From: the human T2T-CHM13v2.0 reference genome, Homo sapiens
Assembly (NCBI RefSeq): GCF_009914755.1
Contig: NC_060928.1
DNA length: 64,000 nucleotides
Direction: 5' to 3' (one strand)
Below, in pieces: positions 15,021-31,591 of the stretch (its first letter is position 1; each line of letters opens with the position of its first letter). Under the pieces are notes generated by a model. That model did not search any database, had not been told where the DNA came from, and saw only the letters and a list, made by a program, of their open reading frames with translations. The translations under genes and the position numbers were made by a program.

Positions 15021-17089
15021 TCTTTTAAGTAATGCCAGTAATTGAGAACTAGGTCCATCGTCATTAATGGGGGTCGTGCTTTCTACTTTCAGGACAAGTC
15101 TATCATTGTGCAGGGGCCTCAGCTTCCTGTGTTGGAAATGAGTTAATGTAGTCACACTATGACACGCTATTTTTATTCCTTACCCAGATCAGCCATATTC
15201 TAACAATACATTTCAAAGTACTGCTGACGGAGGCTCCACCTGAAACCTGTTCTCTCAGATAAGTATCTTCATCCCATTCATCGTTTCAAGAAAAATAAAT
15301 AAATAAATCTTACAGCACGGCAGCATTTTCATCTGCTTTGGTTTCAGCCAGAGATAAACTGTTCCTGCTGCAAAGTAATTAATATCAGTCGCCTGGAAAG
15401 CAGAAATTGGGAGACAACAGGCTCCTCTTTCTTGATAAACAGATTGTTGGGTAAGGTATGCACATGGATGTGACAATTCATTTGGCCATAGAAATAGCAG
15501 AAATGAGACGTTTTTAGACAGATATTTGGAAGGCATGAGCAAATATCCCCAGGCTTCATCCATTTGAGCTCAGATGAGTCTTTTGCGCTAGGTTTTGAGC
15601 TTCTCTAAGTCCCTAGGATCAGCAGAAATCTCTAGACCCCCCAGGGGTGTACCCTTAAAACAATACGCAGAATCAGTACGATCATGGCCAACTCCTGGGA
15701 AAGCTGGCTCTATGCCCGAGTCCTTTGCAGCCCCCGCCTTCCTGACCCAACTTCCCATGTGACTAAGGAATCAAAAACTTGGCCTAGTTGATATATAATC
15801 CAGGCAATCAGAAATTAGAACCGTGCGGCTAGGAAAGATGAGCAAAAGATGCTTAGAAACAAGACAAGCAGAAAACAACCTCCCCAGAGCTATCCTGTGT
15901 GGGGAAACCTCCAAAAGCTAGGGAAAGACAGCGTATGTTTTGTATGGTCCAGGAGGAGCAAGCTCATCATGGCTGCCTGCAAATGAAGAAATCATGTTTC
16001 TGTCATAGCAAAATGGTTATGTTTTGGAGTGTTCTGTGAATGAGACATGAGAGGGGAAACGCCACCACACAAGTATTCCTTACATTCAGTTCTTCAGAGA
16101 AGGCTTCAGGGATCATTTTCCCATCTCAAAAAGCATAAATTGCCATTTTATAGGAGCTTGAGAAGAATATTCTAGAAGTGATTCAGAGCCAGGACATTTG
16201 GGGATTTGTTTAGGTAAACATGAAAATTCTATCCATCTTTATTCATCCATCCCAGCAGTCAGCCAGCATCCTTACAAACTCAAAGGGCAAAGTAAAGGTA
16301 AAGAAATAATTTAGAATATACTATTATCAGTGCTGTGATAGGTTAATGTGCAGGAGAGACAATAAAGGAGTGAGTTCTACAAGTCTGGGGACAGGGAGTG
16401 AGGAGAGATGGGTCAGGAAAGTTTTTATTGAGCAAACACTTGGACTAAGTAATTGAACAATGTAAGTGTTTATAAGCGGGTAGATTAGCAAAAACTTGGA
16501 TACTCTCAACTCCAGGAGAGATCCAGGAAAAGAGAGAGTTGTACTATTTCTGCTCGTCCCATTGCCTAATTCTACATGTCAGGGGCCAGCTCAGGCCATA
16601 TAGATCCCTTAGAGCCTTCACTGAACTTCCTCCCTCCTTAGTAAATTTTTTTTTCCCACAGATCTTGAGACATTTATTAGTTATACACTAATTACCTTAT
16701 GTACATCCACCAGACTGCAAATTGCTTGAGGACAGGGTCTCTTATTAATTCATTTCTACCACATTGGTGACTAAAACAATGTCTGGGATACAGTAGGTGA
16801 GCTTTTTAAAGTTTGTTGAATACTATCTATGTCTCCACAATTGATTAGAAGTTTCTTGAAGGCAGGAAGAACATTATTTATCCTTTCTATGCCTGGCACA
16901 GGGCTCAAAGTGAATGTTCAATAAACGTTTAATGAACAAGGAGCCCACTGAAATTTCCACATGATAGTGAAATTGATGGCACACTCACTATTTGTCCTTT
17001 CTCTGAGCACCTAGTGTCACTTCTTCCTGCCTTTCTCCAGGCAGTGAGGTCTTGGATAACCTTATTTCTCTCACTTCTGTCCTAATGCA

Positions 17090-17095
<6 letters not shown>

Positions 17096-17123
<28 letters not shown>

Positions 17124-17417
17124 TGAGACGGAGTCTGTCTCTGTCCAGGCAGGAGTGCAGTGGTGCGATCTCAGCTCACTGCAACCTCCGCCTCCCTAGG
17201 AGGTTCAAGCGATTCTCCTGCCTCAGCCTCCCGAGTAGCTGGGACTACAGGCACGTGTCACCACGCTCGGCTAATTTTTTATTTATTTTTTGTACTTTTA
17301 GTAAAGACAGGGTTTCACCATGTTAGCCAGGGTGGTCTCGATCTCCTGACCTCGTGATCCATCCGCCTCAGCCTCCCAAAGTGTTGGGATTACAGGCGTG
17401 GGCCACCAAGCCCAGCC
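17096..17417 (-). mobile_element. AluSc/Y-like element
   Basis: Poly(T) plus both arms. Confidence 0.93.
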
Positions 17418-19249
17418 TTAGCTCTCCTCTTAAAATGATCTAGGTGAGGATTTGCTAGAACTGATGATGGCTACAGTTTATTGTCTTTCTTAATTTAAAA
17501 ATACATGAATTAAAAAATGTTGGGTTTCCGGTATTATTTGTAAGCCATGGAGAATATATTTTGGAGAAAAATATCAACTCTGAATCTTTCAACTCATACT
17601 ATGGATACAGCTGCCTAAACTGTAATAGGACCAAGCCTTCCTTTTGGTCACGCACCTGACTGGTCCATTAATATCTCTGCTCTTTGTGTCGAGTCGGTTT
17701 ATTCTGCATGAGTTTGTTTTTGTCAGTGGTTTATGTTCCAATGTTGTATGGTGCCAGGCAACTTGAACTGTAACTGCAACAACAATGGCAGCCTGTATTC
17801 TAACTCAAATTATTTTATCCGCTCAAAAAGAGCTCATGAAATCAACTGATGTATTTCACTGCTTTTTCTTAGGTTTCCTTTGGGAGGGGAAGGAATAACC
17901 TTGAAGAGAGGTGAGAATTGTCATGGATTTTGTGTGACTTGTTACTCAAGATGACTCATTAAGCTGCCAAGAGCCTCACAGCCCATCCAAACTTCTCAAA
18001 CAACCCCTTCAATTCCAGCCCTTGACCTGATCTATGTAGAGGGTTGGAAAATTCACAGCAATACAAAGCTATGGAAACAGACTGTCATCCACATATATGT
18101 TGGGTGATGGGGGAGACATGAAGAGTGAGAGACTGTGGAGACAGGAAAGTAGCAACATTTGCCATGAGATTTTCCTCGAAACCATCTCCTTCTTGAATTT
18201 AGACACTCATTGTTTATGTGCAGTGGCCCTAGGTACAGAAGGGTCACCACCCCAAGGAGAACTATACCCTCCGGACTCATAAACCAAATTCTAGCCAGAT
18301 TCTCCCGGAATAAAATACTACAGTTCATCCATTAAGCTAAATCTCCTTTCAACAATTCCCTTCTTACCTGGCCCATGAAATGAATAATGAAGAGATTATT
18401 TTCTGGGCAAATTGGTAGAAAAATCCTGATGCAGACAGTTCCCCTTCTGATTGCACCTGACTTCCATTCATTGACTATCACATCAAGTAGTGGTTCTGGG
18501 AATTCAAAGGAGAGCTCAGCAAAAGAAGAAGAAAAAAAAGCCCACAAAGTTTTTCAAGGTACCTACTGCAGTTATCAGTTCATAGATCTAAATGTTCGCA
18601 CTGTATGCTTGATTTGCACATTCCAAACCAATTTGGTAATTTTTTTCATTTTTATCTACACGCATGAAGTGATTTGGAATACTGAAACAATTTAGAATCA
18701 TATTTCGTTTGCAACAGTTCAATTAACTTAAGTGCTGGAACATGCTCTCCAACTGGTAACTAGTTTAATTGGTTACTATTACAAGAAATAAATTCTATAG
18801 TCCTGGGGCCTCCCAGTGTCCTTTCTAGACAGGGCCCGGCCATGCAGAGGTATGTGGGAGTGGGAAGGTGAGGAGTGTAGCAAAATTTCTTACTTAAAAA
18901 AGAAAAATCCAAGAACCCATTCTCTTAATAACTAGGTATGAGTTTCCATTTTCTGCTGTGATTTTATGACCTCCAGTTCCCTTGGATCAACTTTACAACC
19001 ACTCAATAAGCAAGAGAAGGGTGTGGATCAAGGGTCGAAGACTTTTAAAGCTATTGCATAAATGCACTTAAGCATGAGCCAAAGTGATAAATAGGAAACC
19101 AAGACGCATGTCAGGAATGCAGCAAAGAATGAGTAGCTGGGACACTTTGAGCAGCTGTTAAGGCAACTCCAAACCCCTGGAAAGAAGGATTTCCTTCTGG
19201 CTTACACCAAGGCTCAATTGCTCTAGTTGCATTTGCATTGAAAGGCACT

Positions 19250-21868
<2,619 letters not shown>

Positions 21869-21895
21869 TTTTTTCTTATATTAGCCCTAAATTGA

Positions 21896-22203
<308 letters not shown>

Positions 22204-22497
22204 AGAAACTTTTTAATAGTGCTTGAAAAACCATAAAAAGCTCTTCAATTTGATTATTTTTGTGATTTAACTTCTCAGTGGTAAGAATATACCATTTTAT
22301 ACCTCCAAATCCACTTTAACTTATGGAAGAGGTTTCTACCTCTTTGTAAAGTTGGTTATCAGCCCTTGTAAGTAAGATCGTACACCTTGGAATCACAGCA
22401 CTAGGTCATTCCTGCCCATTAAGTATGAGGATCTCTGGCCTCAACCCTCATAGACATTGGTCTTACAGCAATATACTTTCCACAAAATGCAATATAT

Positions 22498-22597
22498 GTA
22501 GGTAGGTGGATAGACAGATAAACAGATGGATAAATAGATGATAGATAGATAGATGATAGAAGATAGATAGATACACAGATACATAGATATATAGATA
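22498..22597. repeat. Imperfect (GATA/TAGA)n tetranucleotide repeat
   Basis: Directly visible. Confidence 0.9.
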
Positions 22598-22879
22598 CTC
22601 ACAATAAGGATTCTGGTGAGAGTGTCCTACCGAAGCTATTACAAAATATATTTTTTAATTTTTTCTTACTATACTGCCAACTAGATGTGGAGTTTCTAGT
22701 ACGTTGGAGAAGTTCCATCAATATAGAATGATGAATGCAATACAAGCAGATTTTGGTTTCAGTCAGACGGTAGCAACAAAAGTACACAAATTTTAACAAT
22801 TAAATACCTCTAACAGATTTCTTTTGAAGATTAATATTTTATTCCTGGAGGCATTATATATAGGACGAGACTTTCAAAA

Positions 22880-23110
22880 ATAAGTTTTAGGACCAACTGG
22901 ACTTTGCCCAAATCTGGGCAGTTTTCCAGCTACCTTAACCCTCCATTTCCTCCTCAATAAAATGGGAAGAGTTGTATACCTACCTTACAGTTTGTTTAGG
23001 AGGATTAATGAAGAAAATTCATGTAAACAGCTAAGTAAAATGACTAAAAGATAAATCCACAATAAATGTTAGCTAATACCATCATCATCTTTGTCATTAT
23101 CTTCACTGTT
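22880..23110 (+). mobile_element. MIR
   Basis: tttcctcctcaataaaatggg core, gaggattaatga, caataaatgttagcta. Confidence 0.7.
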
Positions 23111-26100
23111 TTAATCACATCCTGAATTCACTGGACTTTCAAATGGAGGGCAGCTTTTCATATTTGCTTTCTTACCAGTACAGGAAGATTTCTCTAATTT
23201 TAAAATGAGGATGTTAAGAGGTCTTATTGAGCAACATCATTACCTGAGGTCCAATGGCTGGGATACAGGATGACCAGGTGTGTCACTAAGCGCTGATTCT
23301 AGGAAAGGGAGTCTCCAAGTTGATCAAGTTTCTAAAAGGAGCTGATAAAGCTAAGTTTTTAAGACAGCAAAAACAAGCAAATAACGTCTTTAAATTATTG
23401 CAATGCCATGAAGTTATGTCTCCATGAAATATAGCAGATACGACTTTTGAGGGGGCTTGAGTTTAACCTTCAGAATGCTGAAAGTTGGTGAAGGTTCCTT
23501 GCTGGAAATGGCTACTTTGAGATGGTAGAACTGAAACAAACAATGAGAAGAAAATAGGGGGGCCTCCTCAATGCATTATTGAAATCTAAAGAGCTCTTTG
23601 TATTCTATGAATGTAGGGATTATCTTTTTATCATTCCACAAAATTAAAGCTTAAAAGTTCTATCCAAAAACCTAGCTGTGGAGAAATCCTCAAGGGTCTC
23701 CCATTAACGTGGTAGCCAGGAAGTACACAGGATTTTAATCAAAGGCCAGCGGCTGTCTATGTGACACAGAACTACCCTCACATATAGAACCAATATGTGA
23801 GGTTCATTCCTTTCTTCACAATTCTACAGCCTAGCTGCACAATTGCCTATTTTGTCTATATAATCTCATGGAATGAGTTGGCATACAAGGCAAATAAGAA
23901 ACCACGGGAAACCTCTGTCCAAACCTTGCTTCGTGCCTGAAGTTCAAATGTGTTTGGTTAACCTTCTATTGATTCCTTCTCTTTCCTTCAGGTGACCTTT
24001 TTGGTCTTAGTTTTTGCCATGGCATGCCATGGCACACAGTGGCTCAATGAGACTCTGGCACCAAGTGACAAAGAAACTCTTATGAGTTGTCTATGAATTA
24101 TTTCATTCATCAGGTGCACACATTGGCACTCCCTTTAATGCCGCCACCCCTGCCACTGGAAATGGCAAAAAGTCAGCCCAACAGATAGGTACTTCCCACC
24201 CTCCAAATACTGAAGCCAAACAGTGGATGGTGAACTCCAATCTTTGCTTTCTGTTCAATTGTTTTCCTGTTGGATAGTCGGAACTGCAATTCAGACTGTT
24301 GACCCTGGAAAAGGCAGCTCATTGAATCAGTACCAGGATGCTTTTCCCATGTAAACAGATAAGTGGAGGAGAATGACGCCATGCATTGCACTTGATCATT
24401 AAATTGCCTGACATGAAAGTAACACGGCTCCATCACATGCCGTGTGACCAGTTTACTAACTTACCCTTCTCTAGGAAGCAGAGTAATTAATCATCATTCT
24501 GTGATAGTGTATACACATTCCTGCCAACAAATAGGGAAGTGCTTACAGAGGGCAATACTTCTAAGCACTATGAAACATTAGTCATACATCTGATTAAAGG
24601 GTATAGTGATCAAGCCGAAAACCTAGTAGATGGTTAAACTAAGAACAAGCACGTCCTAATTTTCTTTTAAGAATTAAGTCAGTCTTTCAAGCGCACTGTG
24701 AAGCTATGAGAGGAATAAGCAGGGGACCTGCTTGGAAATGAAGTGAGAAAGCAATGATGATACGAATGAAGACAGGACTTGATTTTCAGCAACACCAACG
24801 TCCATCAAAGGAAAGTACCTGTGAATTTCCTTAAATGACTTGCTGGAGGGCATTTTGTGGTAACTATAATACTATAGCCACTTTTTTTCATCAATTAGTA
24901 TTGTTAAAGAGAAGCTTGACTATAGAGTTCCTAACAGCAGCAAAAAATAAATTCCCTCCAATTAAGTAGTCTAATAAGCTATTTAGGATTTTACCACTTA
25001 ACATTCTTTCCTTCCCATTTAATTTTGGCTTTCACTTGGATGTCATCTTGTTGAAAATCCATCACAGAAAACTATGTGGAAAAAAAAAGATAATGTTGCT
25101 AAGTGCCCCTGATGTTCAAAAACAAGTAGAAGCACAATATTTTTTTTAAATCATCCCAGGATTTTTCCTAATAATTCAGCTTCTTCCTACTATAAATTAA
25201 TATATGAAAATATATGAAAATGGTCAATATGCAAATTCAAGTATCACACTAGCTACTTGCCTTCAGTAAGTGCTATATGCATAAATTTGAAATGATACAA
25301 TATTTTAAGGTCCTTGATTATAATAATGCCTTGGTGTGCATATGTGCATGTATAATTACATTCATTTAATTTAATCATGAAAATATTATAGGATCATTTG
25401 GTTTTCTCCTCTAAAAGTTCTCTTACTCTTTTCAATTAATTAATTTCACTCTGCCCCTTTATAAGTCACCTAATGGTAAGTAATGGGTTTTGAGCTGAAC
25501 AGAATATGGTCACATTCCTCTGGAATTAATTATGGACAGAAAAGAGACATGTGGGAAAGTGGTGGCCTCTTGCCTTTAGCCTACATCCTAGTCATGAAAC
25601 AATGTTATGGCTTTTCAGTCGAACCTGGTCCTCAAAATATTCACATTTCATAATCATTTCTTCTACAAGTTTCCAGTGTCCCCAGTGCTGAGAATTCGCC
25701 CAAGGGCAGTCACCTGATTACGACAGAAGAGACCTGGAAACCAGCCCATGTGACCCCGCATTCCACATGCTTGACTAGAGTGGAGCTTTTGGGACTCTGC
25801 ATAGTTACTGGAATCACATGGAATATAACAAGGGAAACATGGGGGTGGAGGACATTTAACATTCTCCATGCACTAGGAGAACAGATAACGCCCCAGTAAG
25901 TGGAAAATAAAAATGGGCCATTTTGAGTGGAAGGGAGGAAGCATAACGTGAAGGTTATGTCTTACCATCCTTCCCCTACAAGAAAATCTTATTTTCCCTC
26001 TCACAGAAAATCTGTATTTCTTTTCCCCAACATGCTAACAGAGACCGGTGAACAGAAATAGGCTGCTTTGTGTCCATCAATAGAATCTATATACTATCTT

Positions 26101-27813
26101 TTCCCCCAGGGATTAATTCAGCTTTTGATTAAATCTTTCTGAGATTTAAATCATGATGTTACAAACCTCCAAGGAACTCCTCTATGAGTTGTGACCTTCT
26201 TTATTACTCTCTGCCGTTTGATAAAGTACAAAGATTGATTTATAATGGATTGTAGTGTGTTTGAAAACGGAGTAGCAACGAAAATTGCAAAATATAAGAT
26301 TAATATAAATATTGCAAATGGAATGTTTTAGTTAAAATATTCTATAACTAATACTGAGTTATAAATGTGTAGCTAGTAACACTACAGTCGAGTCAGTATA
26401 GTAACGTTATTAGGGCTGTAAATTATATCCAATGATTAGCTAAATAAACCTACAAAGAAGAGAAAACCGACAATGCTAAAAAAGAATTTCAATTCAATAT
26501 CATATTGTATACAGTTTAGACAGATTTGGTTTGGAGGACTTTTGAATTGAGACAATCTTTTTTTAAAAAAAGCTATATCAAATGTTATTTTTGTCAGCCC
26601 AATTTTGGTTTTAATAATTATTTTGCCATTAGTATCAACAAGAATGAAAGTGAGTCAATGTTTTGAGGACAATATGAAATAAATCCTTTATCTCAATCAG
26701 GATATTCCAGTACCAAACTAGCAGCTACTAATGCTGCTTCTGAAAATCCCTCATTTTCTCTCCGCCCTCAAAAGACTTGTTAGGTTAAAAAGTTAAGCAT
26801 TTAGGGAAGAGTTCTAATGTCCTTGCTGGTTCCAACCGGAAGATTAAAAATGCCTTATGCAATTTAAGCAACAATAGAAGACAAGTCAGGAACTGAGACT
26901 TATCTATTGAAACTCAGGAGTGCTTGGTATCCACAGTGGCAGATAAATTCAGTATTTGGGTAAGATAAGATAATGGTAGATTTTTATTTTCCATTTCCAT
27001 AAAATAAATAATTGATGAATTTTATATTGGTATAAAACAATCCATGGGGAGTGTATCTTATGTTATTTAGCAGATTTCAATGCACTTCTGATAGCTCTTA
27101 TCACATTTCCAATATTTACAAACACTCTTTTTCTCTCTAGGAGATGGAAATGATGGAATATAATTTAGCCATCTTTCCCCAATGTTGCATATGTTGAGTC
27201 TTGCAATGCAAATGATTGGCAATGGGAGCAACCATTTGAAATTGGGCAAGGGCATTCTCTGTCATTAGGACCGTCATCATCTACCAGCCACAGTGGACAT
27301 CCTGACAGCACGATGTGTCTTCAGCTATCAGCTCATCCCATATTTAACCAACCCGATGACTTCCATATGATGGGGAACTGCATCCTGTTACAAGTCTTGG
27401 AGAAATATTCAGTCCATCTACAACAAAATCGCTTTCTATACTGAATATTCAGTGAGTTTTTTCCCTAGGGGAAAGAGCTTCTACTTAAAAATACACACTT
27501 CCCAGGGTTAAGTACAAAAATAGAGCTAATCCATTTGATACAATCCCCTGTCATTTTTCACCTCTGAACGTTCGTTATAGAAACCACCACGTCTGCCTTT
27601 GCCGTTTAGAAAAAGACAAGATACAGAAGATGCACGTTACCTTAGAGCTGAAATGCATCCATGAATATGGAAAAGCAAGGAGAAAGGGAAAGAGAGCCAG
27701 AGAGGAAATAGAATAATAATAAGCGAGTAATGGGTACTGATCTGAGAAACATGCCAGGAGTTTGGTTACGATAAATAAGAAAAGCAGAAGTAGATTTGAA
27801 ACATTCGTTTCCC

Positions 27814-27819
27814 TTTATT
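27814..27819 (-). terminator. Distal polyadenylation signal AATAAA
   Basis: tttatt on +; upstream UGUA/U-rich elements and downstream U-rich tract (cttctgcttttcttatttat) on the minus strand. Confidence 0.85.
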
Positions 27820-28034
27820 AGCTCAGTGAGGCTGATGTGTACTGCACATTTAAAAAAAATCACAGGAATTTTCATACAATGAATAAAACCACAACAATAC
27901 ATGTAGAATTGGCAGGTGGAAAAAAGGCCCGGCAAGGGCTCAACTAATCGCTCACTTTCCCTCTTCAGCATAGTTCAACCAACAGTATTACACTTTCACC
28001 TACAAATCTTAAAGTAGCTCCATCAAATCAGCAG

Positions 28035-28088
28035 TTCACATTATTGAAAATGTCTGTCACATAGGTACAAATTTAGAATCATCACATT
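28035..28088 (-). promoter_or_regulatory. Clustered miR-23 family seed sites in the 3'UTR (8mer AATGTGAA 28035-28042; 7mer AATGTGA 28082-28088)
   Basis: Exact complements of the miR-23 seed UCACAUU; miR-23 regulation of PGC-1alpha is established. Confidence 0.7.
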
Positions 28089-28258
28089 ATAGTACATGGC
28101 TATTCTAGGTCATCTATAGATCAGGTCTTAGACTACAGTGATTGAAGTTCTCATTACAGCCATCAAGAAAGGACACATAATCATTACCTACTGGAAGCTC
28201 ACATCTAAAGGCATGAAAAGGTTTCCTTTTATCAACTGACCCAAACATCATACCCCAA

Positions 28259-28266
28259 TAGTGCAA
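28259..28266 (-). promoter_or_regulatory. miR-130/301 8mer site TTGCACTA (second copy at 29559-29566)
   Basis: tagtgcaa on + at both positions; complement of seed AGUGCAA plus A1. Confidence 0.6.
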
Positions 28267-30815
28267 AGTTCCCTCTCTGCTGCTTTGAATGTTGACAGCC
28301 CAACTGTTGTTCTCGGAGTCGTTTAGCAAAAAATTGATTTTGTTGCACTGGAAGAATTATTCTGCTACATCTCTTTTAAAAAAGAAAAAAATCCACATTA
28401 CTAAAGCACCAGTTCGGTTACCAAAATTGTAGATGTGGTACTTACCACGGCATGAAGGCAATGGCCCACGGTCTTCTAAAAATCCTACAGATCTATGCTG
28501 AAATTTGCCTCCAGTGATGATGGGGTGCACGTGTTCATTTGAAATATTCTCTCCCAAAAAAATAAAAATAAAAATGAGAGGAGCACAGCTTACATTTTGA
28601 TGGGCTACCCACAGTGTCTGCAGAAGATACAAAAGCTCCACTAATTCTAGATGCAATTTGAAGTCCATTGAGGAAAACTATCTTCATGGTAACAATATTT
28701 GTCAGGCTGGGGGTAGGGGGGATAAATTAATCCTCAATATGATATCTGTAGTGCTGTCTTTTGATAAGTAAGAAAAGAAACCAAGTATTCCACTCATGTC
28801 AACAATCCAGGGCAAAAAGGAGAATGTATTTAAAATTGGTTCACAAAAATTTAAAGGCAAAATAGAGAACACATGTGGTCCTTGAACACATAATAGGATT
28901 TACTAAATCTCGATTTCTTAAAAATAATTTATTGCTCTTAATAGTCTTTTTATTATTATTCTACAACAGAAGATACTCAAAATTCAGAAAGAAAGACTGT
29001 AAACTTTAGTTTGGCGTTCACACAGTTAAAATACCTGCATTTAACCTACAGAACAACAAGAATTAGGCGGATTAAAGATGTGTTACTGTTGTAACGCAGA
29101 ACCTGTGAACAAGTTCTTTCATTTCATAGTATTTTTATTGCTTTCTATCTACTTAGAAATAAGAAGCCAAAAAATCAAGCAAGCATCCGACAGGACAAAC
29201 AGTGGATTCACTCAGAACACAATATGCTGGTGATAAATGAATGCAGCTATCAAAATTAGCTGCATTGGCCTGGGGGTGAAATCCATCTTACAAGATCGTG
29301 TTGGGCGAGAGAAAGGAAAAGAACAATTGAGTAGTAGGTGTATCATGTCTTCCAGAAAAGTCATGTCAGCCAAACAGTAATCGAATCTCAATTTAGAAAC
29401 TTGAATACACACTCCAAATGTTACTGAATTCCATTCCAGGGACTCCACACTCAGATGAAATCCTGATGATCAAAATGGAGGTTTTTCTGAAGTTTTTATT
29501 AAATTTAGCAGAAGCAATGTCATCAAGAACAACACCATGGTCACGTCAGAGGCCATGCTAGTGCAAGTAGAAACACTGCTTCTGCAAAAGCTGAATTTCC
29601 CAAATGAAGCACTTACACTCCAACCTGACAATTGTCATGCATCCTAGGTAGAAAATTTCCACTGGCTTTATTATTTTCATCATCTCATAATTTATAATAA
29701 ATAGGCTATCTGCAACTGATAAATATGTCTCTTTAGTAAACAAAGGAATGAAATATCAGTATTTATACAGGATGCATAACTGTAAAAAATACAGATAAAT
29801 ACCATCGTCATACTCTGCCAAGGGAAAGAAATACTGGCTTCAAAGATAGTCTTCAGACACACATTAATTATTGTAAAAATCATACTATAATTATTACCTC
29901 AGCATTTTGTATCAAATTAAAATCACAAAAATTAAAACAAAACAGCATTTTAAAAAGATTTTTGACTTCTAGTTTCAAAACTACTGTTGATAGAGAAAAT
30001 AAAAACATTTCTTAATGGTTACCCATTGAGAGACTTTACATAAAATCATGATATCTTCTAGAAAAATTTTAGATGAGAAAATTTCATTCCCCTAACAAAT
30101 CCAGTGTATAAAACTTCAAAGAAAAACAAGCGACAAGAAAATGTGGAAAAATATCGCAGAAGTGGTTAATACCTTTAGGGGACTAGGATATTTCTTGACA
30201 AGATGCTTAGATTGAAGCTCACCTAAGGGATGGATGTGCGGAAAGCATCATTTTGCTCTTGTTGCACTCAACAGACACACACACTGTCTTTTTGTTTTTA
30301 CAATCAAATATATATAAGCAGTAAGTTCAGCTTCTAAATATGTTAGTGTACAATAATTGTTTCACCTCATAATTACATTTGAATATTCTTGATTAAGAAA
30401 AATTTAGCAGTTTTGAAAAGAAGGCTGCATTTACAGTGCATAGCTGTAACAAAAAAGAACATTGTTGTATAGTATATACATAAAATAAAAATACTCCATT
30501 TAACATCTGTAAATACTTAACTACATCAGAGAATGTAGCAATTACACTATCTGAACACATCTCAGAGAGTTCTACCCAACTCTCATTAGTAATGTAACCC
30601 GGTGTCCGCTCCTCAGAAAGAACCGCTGAACAAGCTGCACGCTTGACCATTGACAAGGCTTTTGAAATTTGCAGTGGAAGATCAACATTTTGGACATTTA
30701 CATGGGTGTCAGGATTAAGGATGAACTACAGAAACTTCAAAATGTTAGGAAACTTTAGCATTCTGGTGCCCGCAGTATCCTCTCCCACCCAGATTCCATG
30801 GCAAAAGGAAAAAGA

Positions 30816-30823
<8 letters not shown>

Positions 30824-30854
<31 letters not shown>

Positions 30855-31058
30855 ATATTAGTTCTATGGAACCTGTGGTTTCTTCAGGATTGTCATATAA
30901 TCATTACGTTATGAGAGAAAGCTTGCTTCAAGTTGATTCTGCACTTTCTTAAAAAAACAGAGTACAAAGGCTGATGCCCAGACATCAGCGGCTGTCATTT
31001 TAGGGTGGTTTGTGGTTGGTTGGTTGGTTGGTTGGTTGTTAGTTTTCTTTCCTTTTTA

Positions 31059-31102
<44 letters not shown>

Positions 31103-31473
31103 CCTTTTGAATAGAATACGAACATTTTGAAGTTCTAGGTTTTAAGCGTGTCTTCATGGAACTGCTGCCATTTGAAATGGTTTGCCCTTGCGCATTCTGG
31201 TCAGGTGCCCCCAGTCCTCACATGTACCCACACATACTTCCCCTAAACCAAGCACACACACCACACACATACATACACACACACATACATGCACACACGC
31301 ACACTCCATCACCAAGAGACTCCAGGAAAAGCAAAGCTGACACCCATGAATAAACATGTGCTTACTGGATATCATTCTGTCTCTTGCCTCTTCAGCAGCT
31401 GTGTTCATGTAAACCATTGTTGTTATTGTTGTTGTTGTTCTTGTTGTATTGTTGTTGTTTTGTTTTGTTTTTG
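30824..31473. repeat. Microsatellite cluster in the proximal 3'UTR: (AG)n 30824-30848, (TGGT)n 31013-31036, (TA)n 31062-31100, CA-rich 31253-31303, (TTG)n 31417-31473
   Basis: Directly visible. Confidence 0.95.
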
Positions 31474-31591
31474 TACAGAGAGTGTAAAGTAGGAGAAATT
31501 CCTAAGTATGACTTGCAATAGTCTTTAGGGAAGGACGCGCTGTCCCATGAGGTATTCGCCATCCCTCTGTCATCCTCAGCTAGGGAACATG

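Larger units (their letters stand above)
27791..31591 (-). other. PPARGC1A: PPARGC1A long 3'UTR (~3.8 kb), AU-rich, no recognisable interspersed repeats
   Basis: Follows the stop codon and ends ~23 nt after AATAAA; length agrees with the known long mRNA; the cleavage position is approximate. Confidence 0.85.
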
